Sequence record: DRR723986_5079
DNA: 55,747 nt
Reading direction: 5' to 3' (one strand)
Shown here piece by piece: positions 28,407 to 41,937 of the stretch; position 1 is the first letter of the stretch; each line of letters begins with the position of its first letter. Position numbers and translations under genes: made by a program. Under the pieces are notes generated by a model, which was not told where the DNA came from, searched no databases, and saw nothing but the letters and a program-made list of their open reading frames with translations.

Positions 28407-28856
28407 ATGGCAAATCTCGATGTATCGGCTGCACCTGAAGGCGGCTCCGCACTCACCCGCAGTCTGGACAGCGCCGTGCCGCTGGCCGCACGCCTGCTGA
28501 TCGCCCCTTTGTTTCTGCTTTCCGGCATTTCCAAACTTGGGTCTGCAGAAGCTACCATCGCCTGGATCGATGCTGCAGGCCTGCCCTTCGCAACGCTTGC
28601 CTATATCGGCGCAGTTGCGGTTGAAATCGTCGGCAGTCTGGCGCTGATCGCGGGTTATCAGACCCGTCTCGTTGCCGCAGTCATGGCGCTCTTTACTGTT
28701 GCAGCAGCTCTGGCCTTCCACAATCAACTCGGTGATCAGAACCAGTTCATCCACTTCTTCAAGAACATATCGATCGCCGGTGGACTGTTGCAGATCGTAG
28801 CCTATGGCGCCGGCCGCTTTAGCGTCGATGCCCGGATCGGCACTCGACTGCAGTAA
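28407..28856 (+). CDS. DoxX family membrane protein
   Basis: ARLLIAPLFLLSGISK, GYQTR..A, FFKNISIAGGLL, GAGRFSVD; AGGAG RBS. Confidence 0.92.
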   Translation: MANLDVSAAPEGGSALTRSLDSAVPLAARLLIAPLFLLSGISKLGSAEATIAWIDAAGLPFATLAYIGAVAVEIVGSLALIAGYQTRLVAAVMALFTVAAALAFHNQLGDQNQFIHFFKNISIAGGLLQIVAYGAGRFSVDARIGTRLQ

Positions 28857-29000
28857 TCGCGTCCCTGTAAAAACTGAAAAACGCTTCACGGCCTCCGCCC
28901 ATCCCGGAGGCCGTGCGCGTTTGTGCCGGGTGCAAAATGAACAGCAATCGCGCCAAGGCAATACTGTGCCCCCATGCGAAGAGATGTCATACTCCTGCCC

Positions 29001-30083
29001 ATGATGCGGCGTGGAGTTCCAAAACAAGACATCTTCTTTGTCACCGCCAAAGATGGTGCGCGCATTGCCTGCGCCTCGTCAGGGCGTGGGCCGACCATCG
29101 TTCGAGCCGCGCACTGGCTGACCCATATCTCCCGCGATCTTGACAGTCCCGTCTGGCAACACTGGCTTGCCGAGTTGACTGGCTTCGGACGTCTCGTGCG
29201 ATACGACCTTCGCGGCTGTGGTCTTTCTTCGCGAAACATCTCCGAGATCAGCTTCGAGGCCTGGCTGTCGGACCTGGAAGCCGTGACCGAAGCAATCGAC
29301 GAACCCTTTACCCTGCTCGGCATGTCTCAAGGTGCCGCGCTTTCCATCGCTTACGCGCTTCGCCATCCGGACAAGGTGGAACGACTGGTCTTGATCGGCG
29401 GTTACGCGCGCGGACTCTTGGCTCGCGACACCAGCGACAGGGCGAGACTGGAAGCGGCGACGCTGACCAACCTGATGCGGCTGGGGTGGGGCAGGGACGA
29501 TACTGCTTTCAATCAGGTTTTTACGCATCTCTTCATTCCGGACGGAACGCTTGCGCAGCACAAATGGTGGCGGTCTCTTGAGCAAGACACCGCGTCGGCA
29601 GACATTGCAGCCCGCACCATGGAAACGCTGCATCGTATCGACGTCCTGAATCTGGCTGCGCAATTGAAAGTGCCGACGCTGGTGCTGCACGCAAATGGCG
29701 ACGCACGCGTTCCCTTCGCTCAGGGACGCGAGCTTGCCATGACCATCCCGGATGCCAAATTCGTGCCCCTGGACAGCAACAATCACGTATTGCTGGACAC
29801 GGAACCTGCGTGGAACGTTCTTCTTTCTTCCTTGCAGGATTTCCTCGGAACCGGCGCCGACCTCGCGGTATCCGACACGGACTTCGGTCTCACCACCGCG
29901 GAGGAACAGGTGCTGACTTTGGTGGCGAAAGGGCTGAGCAATTCGGAAATTGCGGAGCTTCTGGACAAGAGCGAAAAGACCGTGAGAAATCAGGTCTCCT
30001 CGCTCTTCGACAAGGTCGGGGTGCACACCCGTTCCGAGTTGATCGTGCGCGTTCTGTCGGCACAGACGGGACAAACACCCTAG
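29001..30083 (+). CDS. Alpha/beta-hydrolase-LuxR HTH fusion regulator (catalytic motifs intact)
   Basis: AHWLTH, RYDLRGCGLS, GMSQG, GDARVP, SNNH; C-terminal LTTAEEQVL...GLSNSEIA...KTVRNQVS. Confidence 0.88.
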   Translation: MMRRGVPKQDIFFVTAKDGARIACASSGRGPTIVRAAHWLTHISRDLDSPVWQHWLAELTGFGRLVRYDLRGCGLSSRNISEISFEAWLSDLEAVTEAIDEPFTLLGMSQGAALSIAYALRHPDKVERLVLIGGYARGLLARDTSDRARLEAATLTNLMRLGWGRDDTAFNQVFTHLFIPDGTLAQHKWWRSLEQDTASADIAARTMETLHRIDVLNLAAQLKVPTLVLHANGDARVPFAQGRELAMTIPDAKFVPLDSNNHVLLDTEPAWNVLLSSLQDFLGTGADLAVSDTDFGLTTAEEQVLTLVAKGLSNSEIAELLDKSEKTVRNQVSSLFDKVGVHTRSELIVRVLSAQTGQTP

Positions 30084-30185
30084 GCAATACGTCACTTTAT
30101 CAAGCGCAGCGGGACATCGATCTCATGTGCGCCGGTCGGTTTTGGCGTCTGATCTCCACAGATCAAGCCGAAGGATGACCGGAAG

Positions 30186-31073
30186 ATGAGACAAGCAATC
30201 CAAAAAGACACCACGGCGGCAATTGCCGCGCTCGTTTTTGCGACCCTGTTCTGGTCGGGAAACTTTATCGCCGGGCGTGCGATCCGCGGTGAGATCACGC
30301 CGCTGGAACTCAACACGATCCGATGGGGCCTTTGCCTGGCGATGATGCTGCCTTTCACGTTGCGAGGCCTGGTCTCCTATCGCCGGGAGCTTGTTGCCTC
30401 ATGGCGCGTGGTCGCATTGCTTGGGATCACCGGCATCGCCGCGTTTCACACGATGGTCTACCAGGCGCTCTCGCAGACTGCCGCGGTGAACTGTCTCCTG
30501 ATCCTGGCGCTGGCTCCGGTCGCGACTGTTGCCGGTGGAATGATCTGGAGCGGGTTCCGGCCGACCTTGTTTCAGATCGCCGGGCTGCTTGTGTCGCTGC
30601 TGGGTGCCTCGGTTCTGGTCCTGGCTGGCGGGAACGTCGGCGTGTCCCTTCTTCAGGTTGATACCGGCAAGGTCTGGATGCTCGGCGCGATTGTGATCTG
30701 GGCCTGGTATACGCTTTTGCTGCGCCACAAGCCGTCCGCCGTGCCGCAGAGCGTGACACTGGTGGCAAGCATTCTGGTGGCGCTTTGCGTGATGGCTGCT
30801 TTCCTCCTCGTACGCGGGGTGGAACGGCCTGAGTTCACCGAAGAATCCCTGCTGGCTGTCGCCTATATTGCGGTTTTTGCGTCGGCGATCGGGTTTCTGC
30901 TGTGGTCCTACGGCATTGGCATCATCGGCCCGGAACGCGGCGGGCAATTTGTCCACCTGATGCCGATCTTCGGCAGCATCCTGGCAGTGCTCCTGCTGGG
31001 GGAGCAGCTGACTTTTTCACTCCTTGCAGGAGCGGCATTCGTCGTCGCCGGCATCGTACTAGTCAATCGATGA
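30186..31073 (+). CDS. DMT/EamA family transporter
   Basis: Ten hydrophobic segments; FWSGNFIAGR, HLMPIFG...LLGE. Confidence 0.9.
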   Translation: MRQAIQKDTTAAIAALVFATLFWSGNFIAGRAIRGEITPLELNTIRWGLCLAMMLPFTLRGLVSYRRELVASWRVVALLGITGIAAFHTMVYQALSQTAAVNCLLILALAPVATVAGGMIWSGFRPTLFQIAGLLVSLLGASVLVLAGGNVGVSLLQVDTGKVWMLGAIVIWAWYTLLLRHKPSAVPQSVTLVASILVALCVMAAFLLVRGVERPEFTEESLLAVAYIAVFASAIGFLLWSYGIGIIGPERGGQFVHLMPIFGSILAVLLLGEQLTFSLLAGAAFVVAGIVLVNR

Positions 31074-31159
31074 CAGACACGGAACTTGGCAAAGGCCAGC
31101 CTTTGCATGGTGATGTGGTACGCGGAAAGTGACCGATTTGAAGAAGCCGAAATTTGTCC

Positions 31160-31190
31160 TTGACCTCAACTTAGGTTGAGGTCTTAAGAA
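31160..31190 (+). promoter_or_regulatory. SoxR box within a MerR-type 19-bp-spacer promoter
   Basis: TTGACC(-35)-19 bp-TAAGAA; palindrome GACCTCAAC-TTAG-GTTGAGGTC (31162-31183), core CCTCAACTTAGGTTGAGG versus the established soxbox CCTCAAGTTAACTTGAGG. Confidence 0.85.
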
Positions 31191-31270
31191 GGCGTCCGGG
31201 TCTGCGTCCACAGGCTCATCGGCGTGCCCAAACCTGCCGCCGGTACCTCGTACTCATTACCGGATACCCA

Positions 31271-32476
31271 ATGCACGTCAGGCACTTTCCCGACTTACTC
31301 CCGCTCCTTGCGGTTCTGATAATACTCAGTGGCTGCAGCCCTTCCGAAGAAACCTCGCATGCCAGTTTCCCGCCGCCGGCCGTGAAGACGATCACGGTGG
31401 CCGGCGAGGACATGCCGCTCAAGAAAGATTATCCGGGTCGACTGGTGCCCATTCGTCTGGCCGAAGTCAGAGCGCGGGTTTCCGGCATCGTACTGGAACG
31501 GCAATTCGAACAGGGTAGCGACGTCCACAAGGGCGACGTGCTGTTCGAAATCGACCCGGCCAAATTCGCGGCCGCCGTGGCTTCCGCAAAGGCGCAGCTT
31601 TCGCGGGCGGAAGCAGCGCTCAGCCTGGCGAACCAGCGGGCAGACCGGGTGAAGCGTCTGCTCGCGCGAAATGTCGCCAGCACGGAGCAGCACGATGTTG
31701 CCCTGGCGGACCGCAAGCAGGCCCAGGCGGAAGTTGCCGTTGCCAAGGCCAATCTCCAGACCGCGGACCTTGAACTCAGCTATGCCTCGGTCCGCTCGCC
31801 GATTGACGGTCATATTGGCGCTGCGCTGGTATCCGAAGGCGCTCTGGTTCGCCAGGAGGACGGAACGCAAATGGCGGTCGTGCGGGATATCAGTTCACTC
31901 TATGTGGACTTCATCGCGCCGCTCGCGGAATTGTCCAGGGTCCGCCGCGAAATCGATACAGGCGACATGCAGCCGGTTGAAAGCAGCAATGCCATCGAGC
32001 TGATCCTTGACGACGGCAGCACCTATGAACATCCGGGCCGACTGCTGTTTTCATCCGCCGTTGTCGATGAAACCACAGGTCAGGTCCTGCTCCGCGCCGA
32101 GTTCGAAAATCCGCAGGGCAAACTGTTGCCCGGCACCTATGTCCGCGTCCGTGTGACGGAAGGCGTCGCTCACGAGGCGGTGCTCGTTCCGCAAGGGGCC
32201 GTCCAGTGGGACACGCTGGGCCAGGCAAGCGTGATGACAGTCAGGGACGGCAAGGCGGCCGCACAGCCTATCCTGACAAGTCGTTCCGTCGGCAACCGTT
32301 GGCTCGTCACCCAGGGTCTGAAATCGGGCGATCAGGTGATCGTCGACGGTCTCGATCGTGCAATGCCCGGTCAGCCCGTCTCGGCCGCTCCGGCAGAGGC
32401 GGCTGCAGAAAAGGCCACCGAACGCGGCACGGCATCAGACTGCAGTGTCGCAGAACCGTGCGATATCCCGAGCTAG
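31271..32476 (+). CDS. RND efflux periplasmic adaptor (AcrA/MexA family)
   Basis: Lipobox LSGC; AEVRARVSGIV, VRSPIDG, VDETTG, LLPG.YVR, GLKSGDQVIVDG. Confidence 0.95.
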   Translation: MHVRHFPDLLPLLAVLIILSGCSPSEETSHASFPPPAVKTITVAGEDMPLKKDYPGRLVPIRLAEVRARVSGIVLERQFEQGSDVHKGDVLFEIDPAKFAAAVASAKAQLSRAEAALSLANQRADRVKRLLARNVASTEQHDVALADRKQAQAEVAVAKANLQTADLELSYASVRSPIDGHIGAALVSEGALVRQEDGTQMAVVRDISSLYVDFIAPLAELSRVRREIDTGDMQPVESSNAIELILDDGSTYEHPGRLLFSSAVVDETTGQVLLRAEFENPQGKLLPGTYVRVRVTEGVAHEAVLVPQGAVQWDTLGQASVMTVRDGKAAAQPILTSRSVGNRWLVTQGLKSGDQVIVDGLDRAMPGQPVSAAPAEAAAEKATERGTASDCSVAEPCDIPS

Positions 32477-32491
32477 AACAGGTCCTCCCAA

Positions 32492-35659
<3,168 letters not shown>

Positions 35660-35745
35660 GTACGTGAACGTCCTCCAACCGTTGGCGAACAGCACAGGGG
35701 ACGTCAGTCGCAGGTGTCGGAAAACGGACATTCTCCGAGGCATGG

Positions 35746-35769
35746 CAGCCGGGCCCTTGGGCCCGGCTG
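35746..35769. terminator. Hairpin between convergent operons
   Basis: CAGCCGGGCCC-TT-GGGCCCGGCTG. Confidence 0.6.
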
Positions 35770-35777
35770 GCGGTTGG

Positions 35778-36173
35778 TCAGCCGGTGTAGTCTTCGTCCG
35801 AGACCTTCTCCATCCAGGTGACGGGAGAGCCGCCGATGCTTTCCTGAATGGCGATGTGGCTCATGGCTGTGTCGGGTGCGGCACCGTGCCAATGCTTTTC
35901 TCCGGCCGGAAACCAGACGACGTCACCCTGGGAAATCTCTTCCACGGGGCCGCCTTCGCGCTGAACCCGGCCACGGCCGAAGGTCACGATCAGCGTCTGT
36001 CCGGCCGGATGGGTGTGCCAGGCCGTGCGTGCGCCGGGCTCGAAGGTGACATGGGCACCGCCGGTCCGGCCGGGTTCTTCGGCCTGGAAAAGCGGGTCGA
36101 TGCGCACAGTGCCAGTGAACCAGTCGTCGGGCCCCCTGACGGACGAAGCAGTCCCGGAACGGGTGATTTTCAT
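35778..36173 (-). CDS. Cupin domain protein
   Basis: [42 protein letters not shown]. Confidence 0.92.
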   Translation of the reverse strand: MKITRSGTASSVRGPDDWFTGTVRIDPLFQAEEPGRTGGAHVTFEPGARTAWHTHPAGQTLIVTFGRGRVQREGGPVEEISQGDVVWFPAGEKHWHGAAPDTAMSHIAIQESIGGSPVTWMEKVSDEDYTG

Positions 36174-36201
36174 TTTCAACTCCCTGATGCTTGTTGCGCG
36201 G

Positions 36202-36840
36202 TCAGCCGCGCAGCTTTTCAAAACGGTAGGTTAGGGCAGGTCCCCCGGGTTGGCTGTAGGCCAACTCGGCGGTGACCATGGCAAAAGGCTCCGCGAAGCG
36301 GGCCGTGCGAAGCGGACCGGCTTCAAGAGGATCGAAACCGATGTCCCGGATCAGGAGACCGGCAACTTCCTTCGCACCGGCATCGTCCCCATAAACCAGG
36401 ACTTGCGGCCTCGGTGTCCGTTCCTTTTGCGAAAAAACCGGCATGAAAGCCTCGGAGGGAACCGTGTTGAAACAGGAAACCCAGCGGGCCTGCGGCCGCA
36501 TGGCGGCCAGCTCTTCGGCTCCGGACGACTGGATACCGACCACCAGATCCGTGTTCGTCGGATCAAGGGGCACGCAGCAGTTCAGGACCACGGCTCCGGC
36601 AAGATCGCCGGCTTGTGCGAGGACGTCGTCCACCCGCGACCAGTGAACGGCCAGCAGCAGCGCGTCCGCGTTCTCGACCGCGTCCGCCACCGACCCGTGC
36701 GAGGCGCCTGCCGCCTGGGCGAGACGCTCGAGCTTCGAACGGCTGCGGGAATAGGCGAAGGTCACATCATGGCCGCAACGCGCCCAGAGCTGTCCGAGCT
36801 TTGCGCCCATCAGACCCGACCCCAGAATGCCTATCTTCAT
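36202..36840 (-). CDS. NADP-dependent oxidoreductase (F420-dependent NADP reductase-like)
   Basis: [12 protein letters not shown] Rossmann motif, FNT, GDDAGAK, GFDPL.AG.L. Confidence 0.85.
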   Translation of the reverse strand: MKIGILGSGLMGAKLGQLWARCGHDVTFAYSRSRSKLERLAQAAGASHGSVADAVENADALLLAVHWSRVDDVLAQAGDLAGAVVLNCCVPLDPTNTDLVVGIQSSGAEELAAMRPQARWVSCFNTVPSEAFMPVFSQKERTPRPQVLVYGDDAGAKEVAGLLIRDIGFDPLEAGPLRTARFAEPFAMVTAELAYSQPGGPALTYRFEKLRG

Positions 36841-36890
36841 GTCTCAGTTCCGATCTGTCGTGCGGCAAGGCTGGCTCCGGTGGGAACCGG

Positions 36891-37652
36891 TCACTGCGCG
36901 CGTTTTTCGAACACGGCCTTGGCAACCGGCAAAGCCGAAAACACTTTCGGCCAACCGGCATAGAATGCCAGGTGAGAAAGCATGGCACCGGCTTCTTCCT
37001 GTGTCAGGCCATTGTCCATGGCGCGGTTGAGGTGAAATGTCATCTGTTCGGGCTGACCGGCTGCAATCAAGGCGGCCACCGTCACGAGGCTCCGGTCGCG
37101 GGGCGCGAGATCTGGACGCAGCCAGAGATCGCGGAACAACAGCTCACGCGTGTTGTCCACGACACCCATGCTCACATCCGCATAGTTGCCGCGTACGAGG
37201 TTTTCACGGGCAGCTTCGGCCTCTTCGTTGAGCGGTAGCAGGTCCGGGTCGGAGGCCGGCAGGTCTTCGATGGTGATTTCCCTTTCCTCAAACACCGGCG
37301 CGGCTGCTTCGGCGGCCGCGGTGGCATTGCCCCAGCCTGTATAGAAGGCGAGGTGGGTGATGGTTTCGGAGATCTCTGCCGGGGTAACGCCTGAATCGAG
37401 AGCCAACGATACATGGCTTGCAAGATTTCCGGTCTCGTGCCGCGTCATGAGGGCGGCAAAGGTGACCAGTGCCCGGTCTCTCTTGGAAAGGCCTGCCCCG
37501 TTCCATTCCGCACCGAATAGATCGTCCTTCGCATAGGCTTCAAGTGCCGGGGCAACGCGGCCAACGGCTGCAGGCAAGGTTCCTGCCGCGTCCTGAGCGG
37601 CTGCAGTCGTGGCCATCAACGCCAGACCGGCTGCGGTGAGAATGGATTTCAT
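36891..37652 (-). CDS. Carboxymuconolactone decarboxylase family protein (two CMD repeats) with a signal peptide
   Basis: LSKRDRALVT...HLAFYTGW and LAPRDRSLVT...HLAFYAGWP; N-terminus MKSILTAAGLALMATTAAA. Confidence 0.9.
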   Translation of the reverse strand: MKSILTAAGLALMATTAAAQDAAGTLPAAVGRVAPALEAYAKDDLFGAEWNGAGLSKRDRALVTFAALMTRHETGNLASHVSLALDSGVTPAEISETITHLAFYTGWGNATAAAEAAAPVFEEREITIEDLPASDPDLLPLNEEAEAARENLVRGNYADVSMGVVDNTRELLFRDLWLRPDLAPRDRSLVTVAALIAAGQPEQMTFHLNRAMDNGLTQEEAGAMLSHLAFYAGWPKVFSALPVAKAVFEKRAQ

Positions 37653-37735
37653 CGGGAGCTCCCTTTCGGCAAGTGGGCAATTACCCTGATTATCTGGAGC
37701 GCAAAAAACGTATCTTAATAACCGGGACTTTCAAT

Positions 37736-37762
37736 CCACTCATGACGTCACCTCATGAGTGG
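37736..37762. promoter_or_regulatory. LysR-type palindrome upstream of the CMD operon
   Basis: CCACTCATGA-cgtcacc-TCATGAGTGG perfect 10-bp inverted repeat containing T-N11-A. Confidence 0.72.
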
Positions 37763-37764
37763 CC

Positions 37765-38661
37765 TCAACCACGGTCCCGCAGGGCGTCCAGGACGACCTG
37801 GAAGGCGAACGAGGGCTTTTGCCGGCTGGGGTAATAAAGGTGAAAACCGGGAAACGACGGGCTGAAGTCATAAAGACATGTGCGCAAGGTTCCGGCCGCA
37901 AGATGCTCCTGCGCCAGCCTTTCGGGGACCAGTGCCAGTCCATGACCGTCCACGGCCGCACGCATGACCGGGTTGATCGTATTGAAGCAGGCCTGTCCTT
38001 TTACCTTCACCCGGATTTCGTTGCCGTCCTTGTCTTCGAACTCCCAGGCATAGAGTGCGCCATGGGTGGAAAGCCGCAGGTTGATGCAACTATGGTCCGC
38101 GAGATCCTGAGGCGTTTCCGGCTCGCCAACCCTGTCCAGATAGTCGGGTGATCCGACACAGACCATGCGCTCGTCCGGACCGATACGCATCGAGATCATG
38201 CCCTCGCTGACCTGTTCGCCATAACGCGCACCCGCGTCACATTGGGAATCGGCAAGGTCCGTGTAGCCGTAGTCCATGACGAACTCGACATTGACCAGCG
38301 GATGGGCCTTGAGAACCGGAGACAGCTTCGGCCAGAGGAGGCTTTCTATGGCGTATTCTGTGGCGACGATCCTCACTGTCCCTGTGGGCTGGTCACGTGC
38401 ATCGTTGAGTGCCTGAAGCCTGGCCTCGATCTTTTCAAGGCATGGTGTCAGGGTAGCCAGAAGGTCTTCGCCTTCGATCGTGGGAGCGACGGAACGGGTC
38501 GTCCGCGTCAAAAGCCTCAGGCCCAGGCGTTGCTCCAGTCCCTTGATCGTGTGGCTCAGGGCGGACTGAGACACGTTCAACCGCGCTGCGGCCCGCGTGA
38601 AACTGCGTTCCTCCGCAACAGCCGCAAGCGCGATGAGATCATTGATATTTTCTCGGAGCAT
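37765..38661 (-). CDS. LysR-family regulator (PgrR/YcaN/CrgA-like)
   Basis: SFTRAAARLNVSQSALSHTI..LE.RLG.RLL.RTTRSV, YAWEF, FPGFHLYYPSR; GGGA RBS context before MLRENIND. Confidence 0.93.
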   Translation of the reverse strand: MLRENINDLIALAAVAEERSFTRAAARLNVSQSALSHTIKGLEQRLGLRLLTRTTRSVAPTIEGEDLLATLTPCLEKIEARLQALNDARDQPTGTVRIVATEYAIESLLWPKLSPVLKAHPLVNVEFVMDYGYTDLADSQCDAGARYGEQVSEGMISMRIGPDERMVCVGSPDYLDRVGEPETPQDLADHSCINLRLSTHGALYAWEFEDKDGNEIRVKVKGQACFNTINPVMRAAVDGHGLALVPERLAQEHLAAGTLRTCLYDFSPSFPGFHLYYPSRQKPSFAFQVVLDALRDRG

Positions 38662-38711
38662 GTGGGAGGTCCCGTTCTGATCATCCAGAATCATCACTGT
38701 CTCTCCCACAT

Positions 38712-38730
38712 ATATGTGCCGGGCTCATGA
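38712..38730. promoter_or_regulatory. LysR-type box upstream of the LysR gene (possible autoregulation)
   Basis: ATATGT-gccgggc-TCATGA, one mismatch from ATGA-N7-TCAT. Confidence 0.5.
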
Positions 38731-38748
38731 GGTCCATCGATTATGCAA

Positions 38749-39758
38749 TCAGGGATCAAGCCGGATCAGCCTGTCTTCAGAAGCCCCTTCCCGCCGGGGG
38801 GCCGGTTTGTGGTGATTGCATAGATCACCCCATCCGACACAAGCACGTCCCGGATACGTTCTCCCGCCCGGTAGGCCTCGGATACCCGGCCTTCGGTGGT
38901 CACTTCCAGAATGCCGTTCACTCTCAAGCCCGCAAGAAGCAGCCGGTCACCGTCCGAGGTCAGGCCTGAAGGCGCCCAGGTGCTCTGGCCCGAATGCGCC
39001 AGCGGTGCGAGCAGCCCGTCGCGGGTTTCATCGCCCTGGATCAGCGGCCAGCCGTAGTTGCCGCCCCGCTCAATCCGGTTCACCTCGTCATGGCCGGACT
39101 GGCCGTGCTCGGCTGCGAAGAGCTGCCCGGAGGCGTCCCAGGCAAGGCCCTGGGGATTGCGATGGCCGAGCGACCAGACCGGTGAACCCGCGAACGGATT
39201 GTCCGAAGGGATTTCGCCGTCCGGCGTCACGCGCAATATCTTCCCGGCAAGGCTGCCGAGGTCTTGCGGACGCTCCCTGTTTTCGGTCCAACCGGTGGTG
39301 ATATAAAGCATGCCGTCGGGACCGAAGGCCACGCGTCCGCCGTTGTAAAGCGGGTGGCCCGGAATGGCGTCGACCAGCACCCGGGTCTCTTTCCATCGAT
39401 CCCCGAGGCGTTCGGCCTCGATGACACGGTTCATCCGGGCATCCGGGGTGCCATAGTGCTGGTAGAGCACGATGCGGCCGGTGTCCGGGAAGTCCGGGCT
39501 GATGGCCAGACCAAGCAGGCCGCCGCCGCGGTCATCCAGGATCGGCTGACTGGTCTCGACGGGAAGGCGCGTGAAGGAACCCTCGGCAAGGATGCCGACT
39601 GTTCCGCTCTTCTCCGTCACATAGATCTTGCCGCCATGGGCTTCGATATCCCAGGGATAGTCGAGGCCGTTCAGCACGGTGTCCGCTGCAGAGGCGGACA
39701 CCGGTACCAGCATCGCAAACAAGACACCACACAAGTGGACGACAAGCTTACTGGCCAT
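38749..39758 (-). CDS. PQQ-dependent sugar dehydrogenase (glucose/sorbosone DH family) with an apparent 1-nt frameshift near the C-terminus
   Basis: Signal peptide; LDYPWDI, GGLLGLAISPDF, NGGRVAFGPDG, GHRNPQG, GGNYGWP, WAPSG. ORF as sequenced ends at 38766; a family-like tail RREGASEDRLIRLDP* continues in another frame to 38749. Confidence 0.82.
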
Positions 39759-40203
39759 ATTCTTCGTCCGTCACATGATCGCCCCAGGCAACGGCGGACC
39801 CGTCAACCGCAGCCTGAATTGCGTAATGGGAAACGGACGTGGTGTCTGTCGCGCCGTGCCAATGCTCGACATCAGGCGGGCACCAGACCACATCACCGGC
39901 CTGCATGATCTGCTTTTCCTGGCCGCGCTCCTGGACCCAGCCGGTTCCCGATGTCACGACCAGCATCTGGCCCGCAGGATGCGTGTGCCAGGCGGAGCGG
40001 GCTCCGGGCAGAAACGTGACGTGACCGGCGCTGACATCGTTCATGACAGGCGGGAAAACAGGCGCGACATAGGCTGTACCGGTAAAATAGTCACCGCTTC
40101 CCAATTGGCCCGCCAGGGTTTCGGAGCGGGTTATTTCCATGGATTGTGCAAATGCAGCCGGAGCCGCAAGAACGAGTGCGAGCGTTGCAAGAGTGCGTTT
40201 CAT
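39748..40203 (-). CDS. Exported cupin domain protein
   Basis: Signal [46 protein letters not shown]; paralog of 35778..36173. Confidence 0.9.
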   Translation of the reverse strand: MKRTLATLALVLAAPAAFAQSMEITRSETLAGQLGSGDYFTGTAYVAPVFPPVMNDVSAGHVTFLPGARSAWHTHPAGQMLVVTSGTGWVQERGQEKQIMQAGDVVWCPPDVEHWHGATDTTSVSHYAIQAAVDGSAVAWGDHVTDEEYGQ

Positions 40204-40301
40204 CTCAGGTCGTCTCCATCAGTCGTGAGGCGGCCTTTCGGCCTTCCTCAAGAACGTAGGCAAGACGCACGCGTGGATAATGGTGGCTCTGTCGGAAGCA
40301 G

Positions 40302-40402
40302 TCATGAGGATCACTCATGAACCCGGTGGGGCTGTCCGTCTGTCCACGAGCTCCAGTCCTGCCGGTGTCACCCGGACGCGGATTAATGAGTGCTGCTCAT
40401 GA
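40302..40402. promoter_or_regulatory. Two LysR-type boxes in the divergent cupin/cyclophilin-like promoter
   Basis: TCATGA-ggatcac-TCATGA (40302-40320) and TAATGA-gtgctgc-TCATGA (40384-40402). Confidence 0.7.
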
Positions 40403-40480
40403 GAGGCAGTACCTGGAAGGGGCTTAATCCTTGTCGGTCTGACGCCTAGATTGGAAGCAACAGAACGGAGGAACCCCGCA

Positions 40481-40936
40481 ATGCCCGCTTTCAGGTCAAG
40501 ATTGCTCTCGTTGGCAATGACACTGTTTTGCGCCGGGGCGGGGGCTTCCGGAAACGCAACCGAACCATCGAACGAGGCTCGCATGATCCGCATCAAGGTG
40601 ATCGTAGAAGACGTTGTGCTTCCGGCGACGCTTGACGATACGCTCGCCGGCAGGGACTTCGCGGCCCTGCTGCCACTTGACCTGACCCTGACCGACTATC
40701 ACGGGACAGAAAAGGTCGCGGACCTGCCACGCAAGCTCGATATCTCCGAAGCCCCGGCAAGCTACACGCCGCGAAAGGGCGACATCACGCACTACGCACC
40801 CTGGGGAAACATCGCGATCTTCTACAAGCCGTTTCAGAATTCCCGGGGCCTCGTGAGGCTCGGCGCATTCGACGGGTCGATCGATGCCCTTCTGGGTGAT
40901 GGACCGCTTTCGGTCCGCATCGAAGCGGCCGACTGA
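40481..40936 (+). CDS. Cyclophilin-like fold protein
   Basis: GGAGG RBS; ATLDDTLAGRDFAALLPL...DYHGTEK...GDITHYAPWGNIAIFY...GLVRLG. Confidence 0.85.
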   Translation: MPAFRSRLLSLAMTLFCAGAGASGNATEPSNEARMIRIKVIVEDVVLPATLDDTLAGRDFAALLPLDLTLTDYHGTEKVADLPRKLDISEAPASYTPRKGDITHYAPWGNIAIFYKPFQNSRGLVRLGAFDGSIDALLGDGPLSVRIEAAD

Positions 40937-41121
40937 CACGACCCAAAATCGGGAAATTGTGGAACGGGCTGTCCACCTGTCGGGATTGCCCGACTGCAGG
41001 TGTCTTCATTTTCGACACCTTCAAAAACGCTTTCGCTTCGGCAGAACGGATCTGTCTGGACCCGGTGAACCGGGCCATTCCTCTGCCTGAACAAAAACAC
41101 TCAGAACCCAAGGAGACTATC

Positions 41122-41874
41122 ATGTCCGACAACATCAAGGGAAAAGTCGTCATCATTACCGGAGCCTCCTCCGGCATCGGCGAAGCAACCGCGAAGCTGC
41201 TGGCCAGCAAGGGGGCGAAGGTCGTGCTGGGTGCACGGCGCACCGACAAGCTCGAAACCATCGCGAACGAGATCAAGGCTGCTGGCGGCGAAGCCGTCTA
41301 TCAAGCGCTGGACGTCACCGCACCGGCTGAAAACGAGGCTATCGTCAAACTGGCGAAGGACACTTACGGAAAACTCGACGTCATTTTCCTGAACGCGGGG
41401 CTCATGCCGTCCTCGCCGATTTCCGCACTCAAGACGAACGAGTGGGAGCAGATGGTCGACGTCAACGTCAAGGGCGTGCTGAACGGTGTTGCAGCCGTCA
41501 TGCCCACCTTTGCCGAACAGAAGTCCGGCCATGTCATCGCGACATCTTCCGTTGCTGGTCTGAAAGCTTATCCTGGCGGTGCGGTCTATTGCGGCACCAA
41601 GTGGTTCGTGCGCTCGTTCATGGAAGTCCTGCGGATGGAATCTGCCATGGAAGGCACCAACATCCGCACGGCAACCATCTACCCGGCGGCAATCAACACC
41701 GAACTTCTGAACACGATCAGCGACAAGGGCAGTTCCGAAGCGTTCCAGGCCCTTTACGACCAGTACGGCATCTCCGCCGACCGGATCGCGGCCGTCGTCG
41801 AGTTTGCAGTGTCGCTGCCGGAGGACACGACGGTCAACGAATTCACCGTCGGTCCGGCCAATCAGCCCTGGTAA
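41122..41874 (+). CDS. Short-chain dehydrogenase/reductase
   Basis: AAGGAG RBS; TGASSGIG, NAG, YCGTK catalytic motif. Confidence 0.94.
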   Translation: MSDNIKGKVVIITGASSGIGEATAKLLASKGAKVVLGARRTDKLETIANEIKAAGGEAVYQALDVTAPAENEAIVKLAKDTYGKLDVIFLNAGLMPSSPISALKTNEWEQMVDVNVKGVLNGVAAVMPTFAEQKSGHVIATSSVAGLKAYPGGAVYCGTKWFVRSFMEVLRMESAMEGTNIRTATIYPAAINTELLNTISDKGSSEAFQALYDQYGISADRIAAVVEFAVSLPEDTTVNEFTVGPANQPW

Positions 41875-41937
41875 GACCCGGTGAAATGGCCGGTGGCGGC
41901 GGCAAACATTGCGCTACCGTCACCGGTCCGCATGCGG

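Noticed and set aside
28407-28856. DoxX gene as a mexG equivalent for the SoxR-box RND pump
   Set aside because: It lies 2.3 kb upstream of the SoxR box, is separated by two genes and has no soxbox of its own
38701-38718. CTCTCCCACATATATGTG as a fifth copy of the 18-bp palindrome
   Set aside because: Only the left half-site matches, and it overlaps a LysR-type box
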